Numbered from the stretch's first letter, positions 24,980 through 40,404 are shown. The stretch: DNA of 64,000 nucleotides from Anthoceros angustus (GCA_010909165.1 MU008162.1:2167601-2231600), one strand, 5' to 3'. A program made the numbers and translations. The notes: a model not told the origin generated them from the sequence alone.

Positions 24980-25136
24980 TATGGCCCGACCATCCCAAGT
25001 GGCTAGGCCCTTCTCCGCCAACACTCCATCATACCCGGGAGAATTCCTGGCGACTACGATCGCGACCGGGCCTATCCGCGGACCCCGAGACATTCGCCAA
25101 GAACAGGAGTTGAGGTGATCCACATCATGGGCTATG
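24980..25136 (+). pseudogene. LHCB: Lhcb fragment, array copy
   Basis: Contains CCTGGCGACTAC (PGDY) and GGCCTATCCGCGGACCCCGAGACATTCGCCAAGAAC ([12 protein letters not shown]). Confidence 0.93.
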
Positions 25137-25556
25137 CCGTGGAGTGACAGTGCGTCTGTGGCCGTGACACTACAAATCGGTCCGAAATGCCCAAATCCGA
25201 TCGGAGCTTGGAACATCTCTCGGTTCTTCCTCATCTTTCGATTTGAGGAATCCTCGTAGGACGTTGACTTGAGACACGAGATAGACTTGCTCGGCACATT
25301 TGTAACTATTTATTTTACAAAGCGCAGAGTTTATCGAAAAAGAGAGGCTATATATGTGGTATATGGGTTCGCTAATTATCGTATTCAAAAGTAATCGTGT
25401 GATTACCTATAGATGTTATGCACTCTTCAAGGCTATAATTCCAACCTTTCATAGAGCTTATTTGGTTGATCGTATAATCATAATAATCCAAGATAAAGTC
25501 TTATTCTTTATCTTTCATTTGACTTACGAGGACAAAAGCCAATCCAAGACAAAGTT

Positions 25557-26115
25557 ATGGGTCTTTTGAACTGCTTGTAATCTTCCACTTGACTTACAAG
25601 AACAAATTATTATGAAGTATATGAGTAATGTCAAGCATGGCAAAATTGGAAGTATGTTCCAAAACTCACACTTTGCACATTAACATATGGGGATTTATGA
25701 ATGGAGATCCAAATACGTAAATCATGGCTTATCAAATATTATTATCACTTCCACATCTTGTGACATCCATTGTTCTCTATTGCCTCTATGAAGTCAACTT
25801 TAGACCCTACCATGATGAGATGCTAATTAGTAATAAAGTTTTAGTTGACGAAGATAGAGTCAAAGATATGGTTGAAAGTCTCAATGAGCTTTATGTATGG
25901 TCAAATCTCCCAAAAGTTCAAGACATTATCACCTTTGAAAAGGAAGTCACATATGAAGAATTTGTGTATCCACCGTAGAATAATGTTTCGTGGTCACATA
26001 CAAGCAAGCATGCATGGAAAGGACGATATATGCCCATTATAACTCTTGGACTAGGAATAATGAAATCTTGAATCAAGAATGCCCCCATGAAACCATTCCA
26101 CAAGCTATGCCATGA
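25557..26115 (+). pseudogene. Copy of unknown ORF
   Basis: Core ORF 25724..25978. Confidence 0.45.
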
Positions 26116-29100
26116 AACTCAGATACTTCCTCCTCTAGCCGCTCTAGAGTCCCGAGTCCCGGCAGCGTGTCGTGGCCATGGATACAACAAATAAGTCCTA
26201 TATATTTCAGCAATATTAATTCCAGCTTATGGAGAAGACACTGGATTCCAGCTGTGATGTGGAGAAGAGCCTCGATTCCACTGTTGTGGAGAAGATGATC
26301 CTCGATTCCATTATTGCGGAGAAGACACTTCGACTCTAGTCACCCGTGGAGAAGACACTTCGACTCTAGTCGTCACCGGAGAAGACGCTTCTTGATAGAG
26401 TGCATGCCATGGCCATGGATACGATAAATTAGTCCATTAACGCTCTAGATCCGATCGAAGCTTGGAGCCTCTACCGTGGGCCATGGATACGACAAATTAG
26501 TCAAGTAATGTCTAGATGCGATCAAAGCTTGGAGCCTCTTGGGTTCTTCCGCCATTCGATCTAAGTAATGCTGTAAGGACATTCTCTTGAGAGACCGAAA
26601 AGGACGTGTTGGGCACGCTTTGTAACTTTTATTTTATAAAGCCTTAAATTTATTAAAAACAAAAGAGGATATGTTGTAAATCGATAAGATAATTATTGCA
26701 ATCGATGTGCATCCTTGTAGAATAATGCTTTATAGTCACGTATAAGCAAGATCGAAGGGACCATAAAAATATTCAAGGTGAGGGCAATGGAGTCACCATC
26801 CAATAGTTTAAGCAAAGAATTTCGGAACTAATGTAGTTACCATCAAATGGTCTAAGATAGGCGTAAGATTGGCTCAAGATAGCGAGATATTTCTAAGGCG
26901 AGGACGATGAAGTCACCATCAAATGTTTTAAGCAAAGAATTTCGCTAATCACAGTAGATAGTTACCATTAAATGATGGCTCAAGATAGTGAGACTTTAAC
27001 GGAAGATCTTCCCACTTGATGCCTCCCAATGCTACGAGTGGCTCAACGTCGGAAGAAAATATTAAAACCAATACCTCAACCTTTGATACGTGAACGTAGG
27101 AGAAGAAGAAAAGACACTTACTTAACCCTTAAGACACAATCTCTATTTAGCCTCCAAGCGATTGAGAAAATGTATTACTTCATTTACCCATTCGTGGTAT
27201 TATGTGACTTCATGGCTCCCGCCTCCAAAAATTTGAGAACGACATTTTACTTTACCCATTGGTGGCATCATTGGACTTCATGGAGTGACATCTCTCATCG
27301 CTCCCATCTTTTGTCTTTGCTTCTCATATCATTTTCCTTTTTGTAAATAGATAAGAATCATTTTACTTTGCTTTTGATACCACTTTCGCTACAAAGCTTG
27401 AAGAGGACATAGTAATATTAAAATATTCAATGAAACATATAGAATCAAGAAATTTATGTCTAATGCATCAACATCTATTCATCGGGCATAAGTCTAGTAT
27501 AGTCTGCTCATTGACCAAGGTGGTCCTTGGGTCCTATTTTAGATCGGCACTTAACGAGACCATCTGTCCTCGAAAAGAGGTGGATCTGGGACGTGGTCAA
27601 AAAATGCCTTGCTTCTTGTGATCATATTTGTGAATGGCACGTGAGTAGTACATATGGGAAGGTGAAAGTGAAGTTATCTACTAAAAGCTTTTCCTTTTGC
27701 TCCATCCTTATGGATAAACATGTCATGTATGAAGATCATACAAGCTTATCTTGTTAGAGAATTTGGAGACTTTATATGTAGATATTTCAAAGTGTAGAGA
27801 ATTTGGAGACTTTACATAGATATTTCAAAGTGCAAAGAATTTGGTATTGATATTTCAAAGTGTACATCAAGTCCCGCATCCGGAAGTTTAATGTTTGATA
27901 TGGAGTAGGCCCGTAGGGCACTAACAATCAAGGCGCATAAGGGCATGATTTATAATCCATGTGGCCATGGAGCTAGGAATGGATGCCACCCACCGAATCG
28001 ATCCGTCCCAAGGACGCCAAGACTGTGGAGTTCCAAGAACCAAGTCTGCATGCCACTCCTTGAAGGAGGACCACAAGAAGTATATCACCCATGAAGTCTC
28101 GTATGCCACTCCTTGAAGGGAGGACCACAAGAAGTATATCACCCATGTCAAAGCGTTGACCCCTAATTGACGGGCTTTTTCTAGGATCTTTTAATCGAAT
28201 AAATCTGAAAATTACCCTACTAAGCTACACATATTTTCACTCGATTATTGAGGACCTCGTTGAATTCTTGAGTTATTGCGGCTTAACTTGCCCGATCATG
28301 TCTCAGACGGAGTGCACTCCTCCTTCTTGAGTCCATGCACACATGACAACTATGCCACTATGACTGCCCCTCAAGCCCGCAATGAGTGTTCATCCTCGCC
28401 GCTTATGGAGGAGGCCTTCCGATCCTTGACTCGCAAACCTAATAGTACGCTCTAAGAAATTCCCAAAGGCCCGAACGACTAGCGAGTTGGAAGGCTAAAC
28501 TACATGCTGTCTATTTGGCCAGCATGAACGCCTTAGGGCAATGGAATCCCATCCCACAACATTGCGGCTTCACTCGTTTGTATCCTAGTTCGCAGTAACG
28601 ACAGGCCACCATACACATGGGTGTTTCAAATTGGCATCGGAGTAGTGGAACCAATCCATGAGGATTTATGAAGGTGTCCGATGGCAACATCAGCAAAATC
28701 CAAGGTCACCTTATCGCAGAAGAAGAAAATCCAAGGTCACCTTATCGCAGAAGAAAATCCAAGGTCACCTTGTCGCAGACAAAATCCAAGGTCACAGCAA
28801 AGAAAATCCAAGGTCACCTTTGCTGCAACACAAGCTCAAATTGGGCTTCAAGGGTCTTACTAGCCATTGGCAAGGTCATCCAAACCACCGCAACAAAACC
28901 AACAAGTTTCTACCGCACCCAAGTTAAGATTTTGAGCGTAAAATAGGTTGGAGACCCAAGGAACAATGTTTCTTTGCCTCTTCACAAATTAGATGCAATT
29001 GATAATTTGGGGCTGCAGCTTACTAGTATCTCCAGCCCCCACCGTTGTGTTATATGAAAACCGGAGAAGTGTTCAAAATTCTTCCGGATCTTGCTAACTG

Positions 29101-29123
29101 CACAGAACTCCTTCTTGCATCCG

Positions 29124-29282
29124 TGCCTCGACCATCCCCAAGTGGCTAGGCCCCTTCTCCGCCAACACTCCATCATACCAAGGGAGAATTCTCGACACGA
29201 CCGCGACAGCCTGGGCCTATCCGGACCCCGAGACATTCGCCAAGAATGTGGAGTTGGAGGTGATCCATGATCATGGGCTATG
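29124..29282 (+). pseudogene. LHCB: Lhcb fragment, array copy
   Basis: Same motif as 689-843. Confidence 0.88.
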
Positions 29283-29684
29283 TGGAGTGACGTGCGTGCG
29301 TGGACATAATCGTCCAGAAATGCCCAACCGATCGGAGCTTGGAACATCTCGGTTCTTCCTCATCTTCGATTTGAGGAATCCTCGAGGACGTTGACTTGAG
29401 ACACCGAGATAGGACTTGCTCGGCACATTTGTAACTATTTATTTTACAAAGCGCAGAAGTTTATCGAAAAAGAGAGGCTATATATGTGGTATATGGGTTC
29501 GCTAATTATCGATTCAAAAGTAATCGTGTGATTACCTATAGATGTTCTGCACTCTTCAAGGCTATAATTCCAACCTTTCATAGAGCTTATTTGGTTGATC
29601 GCTAATCATAATAATCCAAGATAAAGTCTTATTCTTTATCTTTCATTTGACTTACGAGGACAAAAGCCAATCCAAGACAAAGTT

Positions 29685-30243
29685 ATGGGTCTTTTGAATG
29701 CTTGTAATCTTCCACTTGACTTACAAGAACAAATTATTATGAAGTATATGAGTAATGTCAAGCATGGCAAAATTGGAAGTATGTTCCAAAACTCACACTT
29801 TGCACATTAACATATGGGGATTTATGAATGGAGATCCAAATACGTAAATCATGGCTTATCAAATATTATTATCACTTCCACATCTTGTGACATCCATTGT
29901 TCTCTATTGCCTCTATGAAGTCAACTTTAGACCCTACCATGATGAGATGCTAATTAGTAATAAAGTTTTAGTTGACGAAGATAGAGTCAAAGATATGGTT
30001 GAAAGTCTCAATGAGCTTTATGTATGGTCAAATCTCCCAAAAGTTCAAGACATTATCACCTTTGAAAAGGAAGTCACATATGAAGAATTTGTGTATCCAC
30101 CGTAGAATAATGTTTCGTGGTCACATACAAGCAAGCATGCATGGAAAGGGACGATATATGCCCATTATAACTCTTGGACTAGGAATAATGAAATCTTGAA
30201 TCAAGAATGCCCCCATGAAACCATTCCACAAGCTATGCCATGA
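29685..30243 (+). pseudogene. Copy of unknown ORF
   Basis: Core ORF 29851..30105. Confidence 0.45.
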
Positions 30244-33200
30244 AACTCAGATACTTCCTTGCCTCTCTAGCCGCTCTAGAGTCCCGAGTCCCGGCAACAG
30301 GTGTGGGCCATGGATACAACAAATAAGTCCTATATATTTCGTAGCAATATTAATTCCAGCTTACATGGAGAAGACACTTCGATTCCAGTCACTGTATGTG
30401 GAGAAGATGCCTCGATTCCACTGCTCGTTGTGGAGAAGATGATCCCGATTCCAAATGTCACTGTGGAGAAGACACTTCTCGACTCTAGTCGTCAGTGGAG
30501 AAGACACTTCTCGACTCTAGTTGCTCAGTGGAGAAGACGCTTCTTGATAGAGTGCATGCCATGGCCATGGATACGATAAATTAGTCCATTAACGTCTAGA
30601 TCCGATCAAGCTTGGAGCCCTCTACCGTGGCCATGGATACGACAAATTAGTCAAGTAATGTCTAGATGCGATCAAAGCTTGAGCCTCTTGGGTTCTTCCG
30701 CCATTCAATCTAAGTAATCCGTAAGGACATTCTCTTGAGAGACCGAGTAAGGACGTGTTGGGCACGCTTTGTAACTTTTATTTTATAAAGCCTTAAATTT
30801 ATTAAAACAAAAGAGGATATGTTGTAAATCGATAAGATAATTATTGCAATCGATGTGCATCCTTGTAGAATAATGCTTTATCGTCACGTATAAGCAAGAT
30901 CGAAGGGACCATAAAAATATTTCCAAGGTGAGGCAATGGAGTCACCATCCAATAGTTTAAGCAAAGAATTTCAAGGCGTAACCACGAGTTACCATCAAAT
31001 GGTCTAAGATAGGCGTAAGATTGGCTCAAGATAGCGAGATATTTCTAAGGCGAGGACGATGAAGTCACCATCAAATGTTTTAAGCAAAGAATTTCAAGGC
31101 AGAACCGCAGAGATAGTTACCATTAAATGATGGCTCAAGATAGTGAGACTTTAACGAAGATCTTCCCACTTGACAGTCTCCCAATGCTACGTAGTGGCTC
31201 AATGCTGGGAAGAAAATATAAAAACCAATACCTCAACCTTTTGATACGTAACGTAGAAGAAGAAAAGACACTTACTTAACCCTTAAGACACAATCCCACG
31301 AGTCTCAAGCGATTGAGAAAATGTATTACTTCATTTACCCATTCGTGGTATTATGTGACTTCATGGCGCCTCCAAAAATTTGAGAAACGTATTACTTTAC
31401 CCATTGGTGGCATCGTTGGACTTCATGGAGTGACATCCTCCTTCCCATCTTTTGTCTTTGCTTCTCATATCATTTTCCTTTTTGTAAATAGATAAGAATC
31501 ATTTTACTTTGCTTTTGATACCACTTTCGCTACAAAGCTTGGAAGAGGACATAGTAATATTAAAATATTCAATGAAACATATAGAATCAAGAAATTTATG
31601 TCTAATGCATCAACATCTATTCATCGGGCATAAGTCTAGTATAGTCTGCTCATTGACCGGTGGTCCTTGGGTCCTATTTTAGATCGGCACTTAACAGACC
31701 GTCTAGTCCCAAAAGAGGGCAGGATCGGGCCCGGACGTGGTCAAAAATGCCTTGCTTCGTATCATATTTGTGAATGGTGAGTAGTACATATGGGAAGGTG
31801 AAAGTGAAGTTATCTACTAAAAGCTTTTCCTTTTGCTCCATCCTTATGGATAAACATGTCATGTATGAAGATCATACGAAGCTTACCTCCATTGAGAAAA
31901 TGTATTACTTCATTTACCCATTCGTGGTATTATGTGACTTCATGGCTCGCCTCCAAAAATTTGAGAAACGACATTACTACTTTACCCATTGGTGGCATCG
32001 TTGGACTTCATGGAGTGACATCTCTCATGCTTCCCATCTTTTGTCTTTGCTTCTCATATCATTTTCCTTTTTGTAAATAGATAAGAATCATTTTACTTTG
32101 CTTTTGATACCACTTTCGCTACAAAGCTTGGAAGAGGACATAGTAATATTAAAATATTCAATGAAACATATAGAATCAAGAAATTTATGTCTAATGCATC
32201 AACATCTATTCATCGGGCATAAGTCTAGTATAGTCTGCTCATTGACCAGAGTGGTCCTTGGGTCCTATTTTAGATCGGCACTTAACTCTAGAGCACCGTC
32301 TCCTCAAAAAGAGGGCAGGATCGGGACGTGGTCAAAAATGCCTTGCTTCATCATATTTGTGAATGGCACCGTAGTAGTACATATGGGAAGGTGAAAGTGA
32401 AGTTATCTACTAAAAGCTTTTCCTTTTGCTCCATCCTTATGGATAAACATGTCATGTATGAAGATCATCAAGCTTATCTTGTTAGAGAATTTGGAGACTT
32501 TATATGTAGATATTTCAAAGTGTAGAGAATTTGGAGACTTTACATAGATATTTCAAAGTGCAAAGAATTTGGTATTGATATTTCAAAGTGTACATCAAGT
32601 CCACGGAAGTTTAATGTTTGATATGGAGTAGGCTGAGGGCACTAACAATCGCGCATAAGGGCATGATTTATAATCCATGTCCATGGAGCTAGGAATGGAT
32701 GCCACCCACCAGTAATCGATCCGCCCCAAGGACGCTTTCAAGACTGTGGAGTTCCAAAGGAACTAAGTCTCGATGCCACTCCTTGAAGGAGGACCACAAG
32801 AAGTATATCACCCATGAAGTCTCGATGCCACTCCTTGAAGGGAGGACCACAAGAAGTATATCACCCATGTCAAAGCGTTGACCCCTAATTGACGGGCTTT
32901 TTCTAGGATCTTTTAATCGAATAAATCTGAAAATTACCCTACTAAGCTACACATATTTTCACTTCGATTGAGGACCTCGTTGAATTCTTGAGTTATTGCG
33001 TGCTTAACTTGCCCCGATCATGTCTCGACGGGAGTGCACTCCTCCTTCTTGAGTCCATGCACACATGACAACTATGCCACTATGACCGCCCTCAAGCCCG
33101 CAATGAGTGTTCATCCTCGCCGCTTATGGAGGAGGCCTTCCCGATCCTTGACCGCAAACCTATTAGCACGCCTAAGAAATTCCCAAAGGCCCCGAACGAC

Positions 33201-33847
33201 CACAGTTGGAAGGGGCTAAACCATGCCGCCTATTTGGCCAGCCCGAACGCCTTAGGGCAACGGAATCCCATCCCACAACATTGCGGCTTCACTCGTTTGT
33301 ATCCTAGTTCGCAGTAACTATTGTGGCCACCAAAGCTACACATGGGTGTTTCAAATTGGCATGGAGTAGTGGAACCGACCGTCATGAGGATTTATGAAGG
33401 TGTCCGCGTGGCAACATCGGCAAAATCCAAGGTCACCTTGGTGCAGAAAATCCAAGGTCACCTTGTGCAGAAGAAAATCCAAGGTCACCTTGGCTGCAAA
33501 ATCCAAGGTCCTGTGACAAAATCCAAGGTCACCTTTTGCTGCAACACAAGCTCAAATTGGGCTTCAAGGGTCTTACTAGCCATTGGCAAGGTCATCCAAA
33601 CCACTTGCCAACAAAACCAACAAGTTTCTACACCAAGTTAAGATTTTGAGCGGAAAATAGGTTGGAGACCCAAGGAACAATGTTTCTTTTGCCTCTTCAC
33701 AAATTAGATGCAATTGATAATTTGGGGCTGCGCTTACTAGTATCTCCACGCCCACGTTGTGTTCATAAGCTAGGAGTGAAAACCGGATAAGTGTTCAAAA
33801 TTCTTCGGATCTTGCTAATGCCTGTAGAACTCCTTCTTTGCATCCGG

Positions 33848-33995
33848 TATGGCCTCGACCATCCCAAGTGGCTAGGCCCCTTCTCCGCCAACACTCCATC
33901 ATACAGGAGAATTCCCGCGACTACGACGGCGGGCCTATCCATGACCCCGAGACATTCGCCAAGAAGGAGTTGAGGTGATCCATGCTGCGGGCTAT
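33848..33995 (+). pseudogene. LHCB: Lhcb fragment, array copy
   Basis: [21 protein letters not shown] in ORF 33791..33973. Confidence 0.9.
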
Positions 33996-34806
33996 CGTGG
34001 AGTGGCAGCGTGCCGGGGACACTAAATCGGTCCAAATGCCCAAATCCGATCGGAGCTTGGAACATCTGGTTCTTCCTCATCTTCGATTTGAGGAATCCTC
34101 GTAGGGCGTTGACTTGAGACACCGAGATAGGACTTGCTCGGCACATTTGTAACTATTTATTTTACAAAGCGCAGAGTTTATCGAAAAAGAGAGGCTATAT
34201 ATGTGGTATATGGGTTCGCTAATTATCGTATTCAAAAGTAATCGTGTGATTACCTATAGATGTTATGCACTCTTCAAGGCTATAATTCCAACCTTTCATA
34301 GAGCTTATTTGGTTGATCGTGAATCATAATAATCCAAGATAAAGTCTTATTCTTTATCTTTCATTTGACTTACGAGGACAAAAGCCAATCCAAGACAAAG
34401 TTATGGGTCTTTTAATCTTTGTAATCTTCCACTTGACTTACAAGAACAAAATCCAAGGTCACCTTGCAGCAGCAAAATCCAAGGTCACCTTGCTGCAACA
34501 CAAGCTCAAATTGGGCTTCAAGGGTCTTACTAGCCATTGGCAAGGTCATCCAAACCACCGCCGCAACAAAACCAACAAGTTTCTACCTGCACCCAAGTTA
34601 AGATTTTGAGCGGAAAATAGGTTGGAGACCCAAGGAACAATGTTTCTTTTGCCTCTTCACAAATTAGATGCAATTGATAATTTGGGGCTGCAATTACTAG
34701 TATCTCCACGCCCACCTGTTGTGTTCATGTTTGAGTGAAAACCGGATAAGTGTTCAAAATTCTTCCGGATCTTGCTAATCTGCACAGAGAACTCCTTCTG
34801 CATCCG

Positions 34807-34960
34807 TATGGCCTCGACCATCCCAAGTGGCTAGGCCCCTTCTCCGCCAACACTCCATCATACCCGGGAGAATTTCGGCGACTACGACGCGACGGCCTAT
34901 CCATGGGACCCCGAGACATTCGCCAAGCAGGAGTTGAGGTGATCCACATCATGGGCTATG
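34807..34960 (+). pseudogene. LHCB: Lhcb fragment, array copy (within ~960-bp duplication)
   Basis: [30 protein letters not shown] in ORF 34750..34971. Confidence 0.92.
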
Positions 34961-35370
34961 CAGTGGAGTGAGCGTGCCGTGGCTGGACATTAAATCGGGT
35001 CCAAATGCCCAAATCCGATCGGAGCTTGGAACATCTGGTTCTTCCTCATCTTCGATTTGAGGAATCCTCGTGAGGACGTTGACTTGAGACACGAGATAGG
35101 ACTTGCTCGGCACATTTGTAACTATTTATTTTACAAAGCGCAGAGTTTATCGAAAAAGAGAGGCTATATATGTGGTATATGGGTTCGCTAATTATCGTAT
35201 TCAAAAGTAATCGTGTGATTACCTATAGATGTTCGCACTCTTCAAGGCTATAATTCCAACCTTTCATAGAGCTTATTTGGTTGATCGTGAATCATAATAA
35301 TCCAAGATAAAGTCTTATTCTTTATCTTTCATTTGACTTACGAGGACAAAAGCCAATCCAAGACAAAGTT

Positions 35371-35930
35371 ATGGGTCTTTTGAACTGCTTTGTAATCTTC
35401 CACTTGACTTACAAGAACAAATTATTATGAAGTATATGAGTAATGTCAAGCATGGCAAAATTGGAAGTATGTTCCAAAACTCACACTTTGCACATTAACA
35501 TATGGGGATTTATGAATGGAGATCCAAATACGTAAATCATGGCTTATCAAATATTATTATCACTTCCACATCTTGTGACATCCATTGTTCTCTATTGCCT
35601 CTATGAAGTCAACTTTAGACCCTACCATGATGAGATGCTAATTAGTAATAAAGTTTTAGTTGACGAAGATAGAGTCAAAGATATGGTTGAAAGTCTCAAT
35701 GAGCTTTATGTATGGTCAAATCTCCCAAAAGTTCAAGACATTATCACCTTTGAAAAGGAAGTCACATATGAAGAATTTGTGTATCCAATCGAGAATAATG
35801 TTTCGTGGTCACATACAAGCAAGCATGCATGGAAAGGGACGATATATGCCCATTATAACTCTTGGACTAGAATAATGAAATCTTGAATCAAGAATGCCCC
35901 CATGAAACCATTCCACAAGCTATGCCATGA
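35371..35930 (+). pseudogene. Copy of unknown ORF
   Basis: ORF 35539..35886 reads through YPIENNVSW. Confidence 0.45.
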
Positions 35931-38900
35931 AACCTCAGATACTTCCTTGCCTCTAGCCGGCTCTAGAGTCCCGAGTCCCGGCAGGTGGTCGGCCATGGAT
36001 ACAACAAATAAGTCCTATATATTTCAGAGCAATATTAATTCCACTGCATATGGAGAAGACACTTCGATTCCACCGTCAGATGTGGAGAAGAGCCTCGATT
36101 CCAAATGCTCGTGGAGAAGATGATCCTCGATTCCACCTACTGCGGGAGAAGACACTTCGACTCTACCGTCACTGTGGAGAAGACACTTCCTCGACTCTAG
36201 TTGCTCGTGGAGAAGACGCTTCTTGATAGAGTGCATGCCATGGCCATGGATACGATAAATTAGTCCATTAACGCCTAGATCCGATCGAAGCTTGGAGCCT
36301 CTACCGTGGCCATGGATACGACAAATTAGTCAAGTAATGTCTAGATGCGATCAAAGCTTGGAGCCTCTTGGCCCTTCCGCCATTCAATCTAAGTAATGTC
36401 AGAAGGACATTCTCTTGAGAGAGTAAGGACGTGTTGGGCACGTTTGTAACTTTTATTTTATAAAGCCTTAAATTTATTAAAACAAAAGAGGATATGTTGT
36501 AAATCGATAAGATAATTATTGCAATCGATGTGCATCCTTGTAGAATAATGCTTTATAGTCACGTATAAGCAAGATCGTAAAGGGACCATAAAAATATTTC
36601 CAAGGTGAGGGCAATGGAGTCACCATCCAATAGTTTAAGCAAAGAATTTCAAGCAAGCGTAACAGAGTTACCATCAAATGGTCTAAGATAGGCGTAAGAT
36701 TGGCTCAAGATAGCGAGATATTTCTAAGGCGAGGACGATGAAGTCACCATCAAATGTTTTAAGCAAAGAATTTCAAGGCGTAACCAGAGATAGTTACCAT
36801 TAAATGATGGCTCAAGATAGTGAGACTTTAACGGAAGATCTTCCCACTTGACAGCCTCCCAATGCTACGTAGTGGCTCAATGTCAAAGAAAATATTAAAA
36901 CCAATACCTCAACCTTTTGATACGTAACGAGAGAAGAAGAAAAGACACTTACTTAACCCTTAAGACACAATCCACGTAGCTGGGCCTCAAGCGATTGAGA
37001 AAATGTATTACTTCATTTACCCATTCGTGGTATTATGTGACTTCATGGCTCCCGCCTCCAAAAATTTGAGAAACGACACTTCATTTACCCATTGGTGGCA
37101 TCATTGGACTTCATGGAGTGACATCTCACTGTTCCCATCTTTTTGTCTTTGCTTCTCATATCATTTTCCTTTTTGTAAATAGATAAGAATCATTTTACTT
37201 TGCTTTTGATACCACTTTCGCTACAAAGCTTGGAAGAGGACATAGTAATATTAAAATATTCAATGAAACATATAGAATCAAGAAATTTATGTCTAATGCA
37301 TCAACATCTATTCATCGGGCATAAGTCTAGTATAGTCCTGCTCATTGACCAGGTGGTCCTTGGGTCCTATTTTAGATCGGCACTTAACGACCCGTCTGTC
37401 CCGAAAAAGAGGGCGTGGATCCTGGACGTGGTCAAAAATGCCTTGCTTCAGATCATATTTGTGAATGGCACGTGAGTAGTACATATGGGAAGGTGAAAGT
37501 GAAGTTATCTACTAAAAGCTTTTCCTTTTGCTCCATCCTTATGGATAAACATGTCATGTATGAAGATCATAAGCTTATCTTGTTAGAGAATTTGGAGACT
37601 TTATATGTAGATATTTCAAAGTGTAGAGAATTTGGAGACTTTACATAGATATTTCAAAGTGCAAAGAATTTGGTATTGATATTTCAAAGTGTACATCAAG
37701 TCCCTGGAAGTTTAATGTTTGATATGGAGTAGGCCCGTGAGGGCACTAACAATCATGCATAAGGGCATGATTTATAATCCATGTGGCCATGGAGCTAGGA
37801 ATGGATGCCACCCACCCGAAAGTCGATCCGCCCCAAGGACGCTTTCAAGACTGTGGAGTTCCAGTGAACTAAGTCTCGCATGCCACTCCTTGAAGGAGGA
37901 CCACAAGTATATCACCCATGAAGTCTGCATGCCACTCCTTGAAGGGAGGACCACAAGAAGTATATCACCCATGTCAAAGCGTTGACCCCTAATTGACGGG
38001 CTTTTCTAGGATCTTTTAATCGAATAAATCTGAAAATTACCCTACTAAGCTACACATATTTTCACTCGATTATTGAGGACCTCGTTGAATTCTTGAGTTA
38101 TTGCGTTTAACTTGCCCCGATCATGTCTCGACGAGTGCACTCCTCCCTTCTTGAGTCCATGCACACATGACAACTATGCCACTATGACTGCCCCTCAAGC
38201 CCGCAATGAGTGTTCATCCTCGCCCGCTTATGGAGGAGGCCTTCCCGATCCTTGACCCGCAAACCTAATAGTACGCTCTAAGAAATTCCCAAAGGCCCGA
38301 ACGACTAGCGAGTTGGAAGGGCTAAACCATACGCCGCCTATTTGGCCGCAGTCCGAGCCTTAGGGCAACGGAATCCCATCCCACAACATTGCGGCTTCAC
38401 TGCTTGTATCCTAGTTCGCAGTAACGATAGGCCACCAAGCTACACATGGGTGTTTCAAATTGGCATCGGGAGTAGTGGAACCGACCGCCATGAGGATTTA
38501 TGAAGGTGTCCGCGTATGGCAACATCAGCAAAATCCAAGGTCACCTTATCGCGAAGAAAATCCAAGGTCACCTTGGCGCAGAAGAAAATCCAAGGTCACC
38601 TCAAAGCAAAATCCAAGGTCACCTTATGCAGCAAAATCCAAGGTCACCTTGCTGCAACACAAGCTCAAATTGGGCTTCAAGGGTCTTACTAGCCATTGGC
38701 AAGGTCATCCAAACCACCGCAACAAAACCAACAAGTTTCTACCGCACCCAAGTTAAGATTTTGAGGAAAATAGGTTGGAGACCCAAGGAACAATGTTTCT
38801 TTTGCCTCTTCACAAATTAGATGCAATTGATAATTTGGGGCTGCAGCTTACTAGTATCTCCACGCCCACCGTTGTGTTCATAAGCTAGAGTGAAAACCGG

Positions 38901-38963
38901 ATAAGTGTTCAAAATTCTTCCGGATCTTGCTAATCGCGAGAACTCCTTCTTGCTGCATCCGTG

Positions 38964-39114
38964 TATGACCATCCCAAGTGGCTAGGCCCCTTCTCCGCCA
39001 ACACTCCATCATACGAAGGAGAATTCCTGGCGACTACGATGCGCCCGGGCCTATCCGCGGACCCCGAGACATTCGCCAAGAACAGGAGTTGGAGGTGATC
39101 CATGCTGGGGCTAT
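38964..39114 (+). pseudogene. LHCB: Lhcb fragment, array copy
   Basis: [16 protein letters not shown] and ELEVIHA are all present, with single-base indels. Confidence 0.93.
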
Positions 39115-39521
39115 CTGTGGAGTGCAGGTGCGTGCGTGGCAGGACACTACAAATCGGTCCAAATGCCCAACCGATCGGAGCTTGGAACATCTCGGTTCTT
39201 CCTCATCTTCGATTTGAGGAATCCTCGTGGGGCGTTGACTTGAGACACCGAGATAGGACTTGCTCGGCACATTTGTAACTATTTATTTTACAAAGCGCAG
39301 AGTTTATCGAAAAAGAGAGGCTATATATGTGGTATATGGGTTCGCTAATTATCGTATTCAAAAGTAATCGTGTGATTACCTATAGACTCTTCAAGGCTAT
39401 AATTCCAACCTTTCATAGAGCTTATTTGGTTGATCGGTGAATCATAATAATCCAAGATAAAGTCTTATTCTTTATCTTTCATTTGACTTTCTGAGGACAA
39501 AAGCCAATCCAAGACAAAGTT

Positions 39522-40077
39522 ATGGGTCTTTTGAATCTTTGTAATCTTCCACTTGACTTACAAGAACAAATTATTATGAAGTATATGAGTAATGTCAAGC
39601 ATGGCAAAATTGGAAGTATGTTCCAAAACTCACACTTTGCACATTAACATATGGATTTATGAATGGAGATCCAAATACGTAAATCATGGCTTATCAAATA
39701 TTATTATCACTTCCACATCTTGTGACATCCATTGTTCTCTATTGCCTCTATGAAGTCAACTTTAGACCCTACCATGATGAGATGCTAATTAGTAATAAAG
39801 TTTTAGTTGACGAAGATAGAGTCAAAGATATGGTTGAAAGTCTCAATGAGCTTTATGTATGGTCAAATCTCCCAAAAGTTCAAGACATTATCACCTTTGA
39901 AAAGGAAGTCACATATGAAGAATTTGTGTATCCACTTTAGAATAATGTTTCGTGGTCACATACAAGCAAGCATGCATGGAAAGGGACGATATATGCCCAT
40001 TATAACTCTTGGACTAGGAATAATGAAATCTTGAATCGCAATGCCCCCATGAAACCATTCCACAAGCTATGCCATGA
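39522..40077 (+). pseudogene. Copy of unknown ORF
   Basis: Core ORF 39686..39940. Confidence 0.45.
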
Positions 40078-40250
40078 AACCATACTTCCTTGCCTCTTCA
40101 CAAATTAGATGCAATTGATAATTTGGGGCTGCAGCTTACTAGTATCTCCACGCCCATTTCACCGTTGTGTTCATAAGCTAGAGGAACTGGATAAGTGTTC
40201 AAAATTCTTCCGGATCTCTGCAATCAGAGAACTCCTTCTTGCTGCATCCG

Positions 40251-40404
40251 TATGGCCTCACCATCCCCAAGTGGCTAGGCCCCTTCTCCGCCAACACTCC
40301 ATCATACCCGAAGGAGAATTCACTACGATCACAGCACCGGGCCTATCCGGACCCCGAGACATTCGCCAAGAACAGGAGTTGGAGGTGATCCATACCGGGC
40401 TATG
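40251..40404 (+). pseudogene. LHCB: Lhcb fragment, array copy (within ~1.29-kb duplication)
   Basis: Same motif; EGEF..GLS..ELEVIH in ORF 40109..40441. Confidence 0.88.

Noticed and set aside
37570-37690. LRR-like peptide KLILLENLETLYVDISKCREF
   Set aside because: It comes from a 40-bp-period DNA repeat that does not preserve frame, and only one motif is present.
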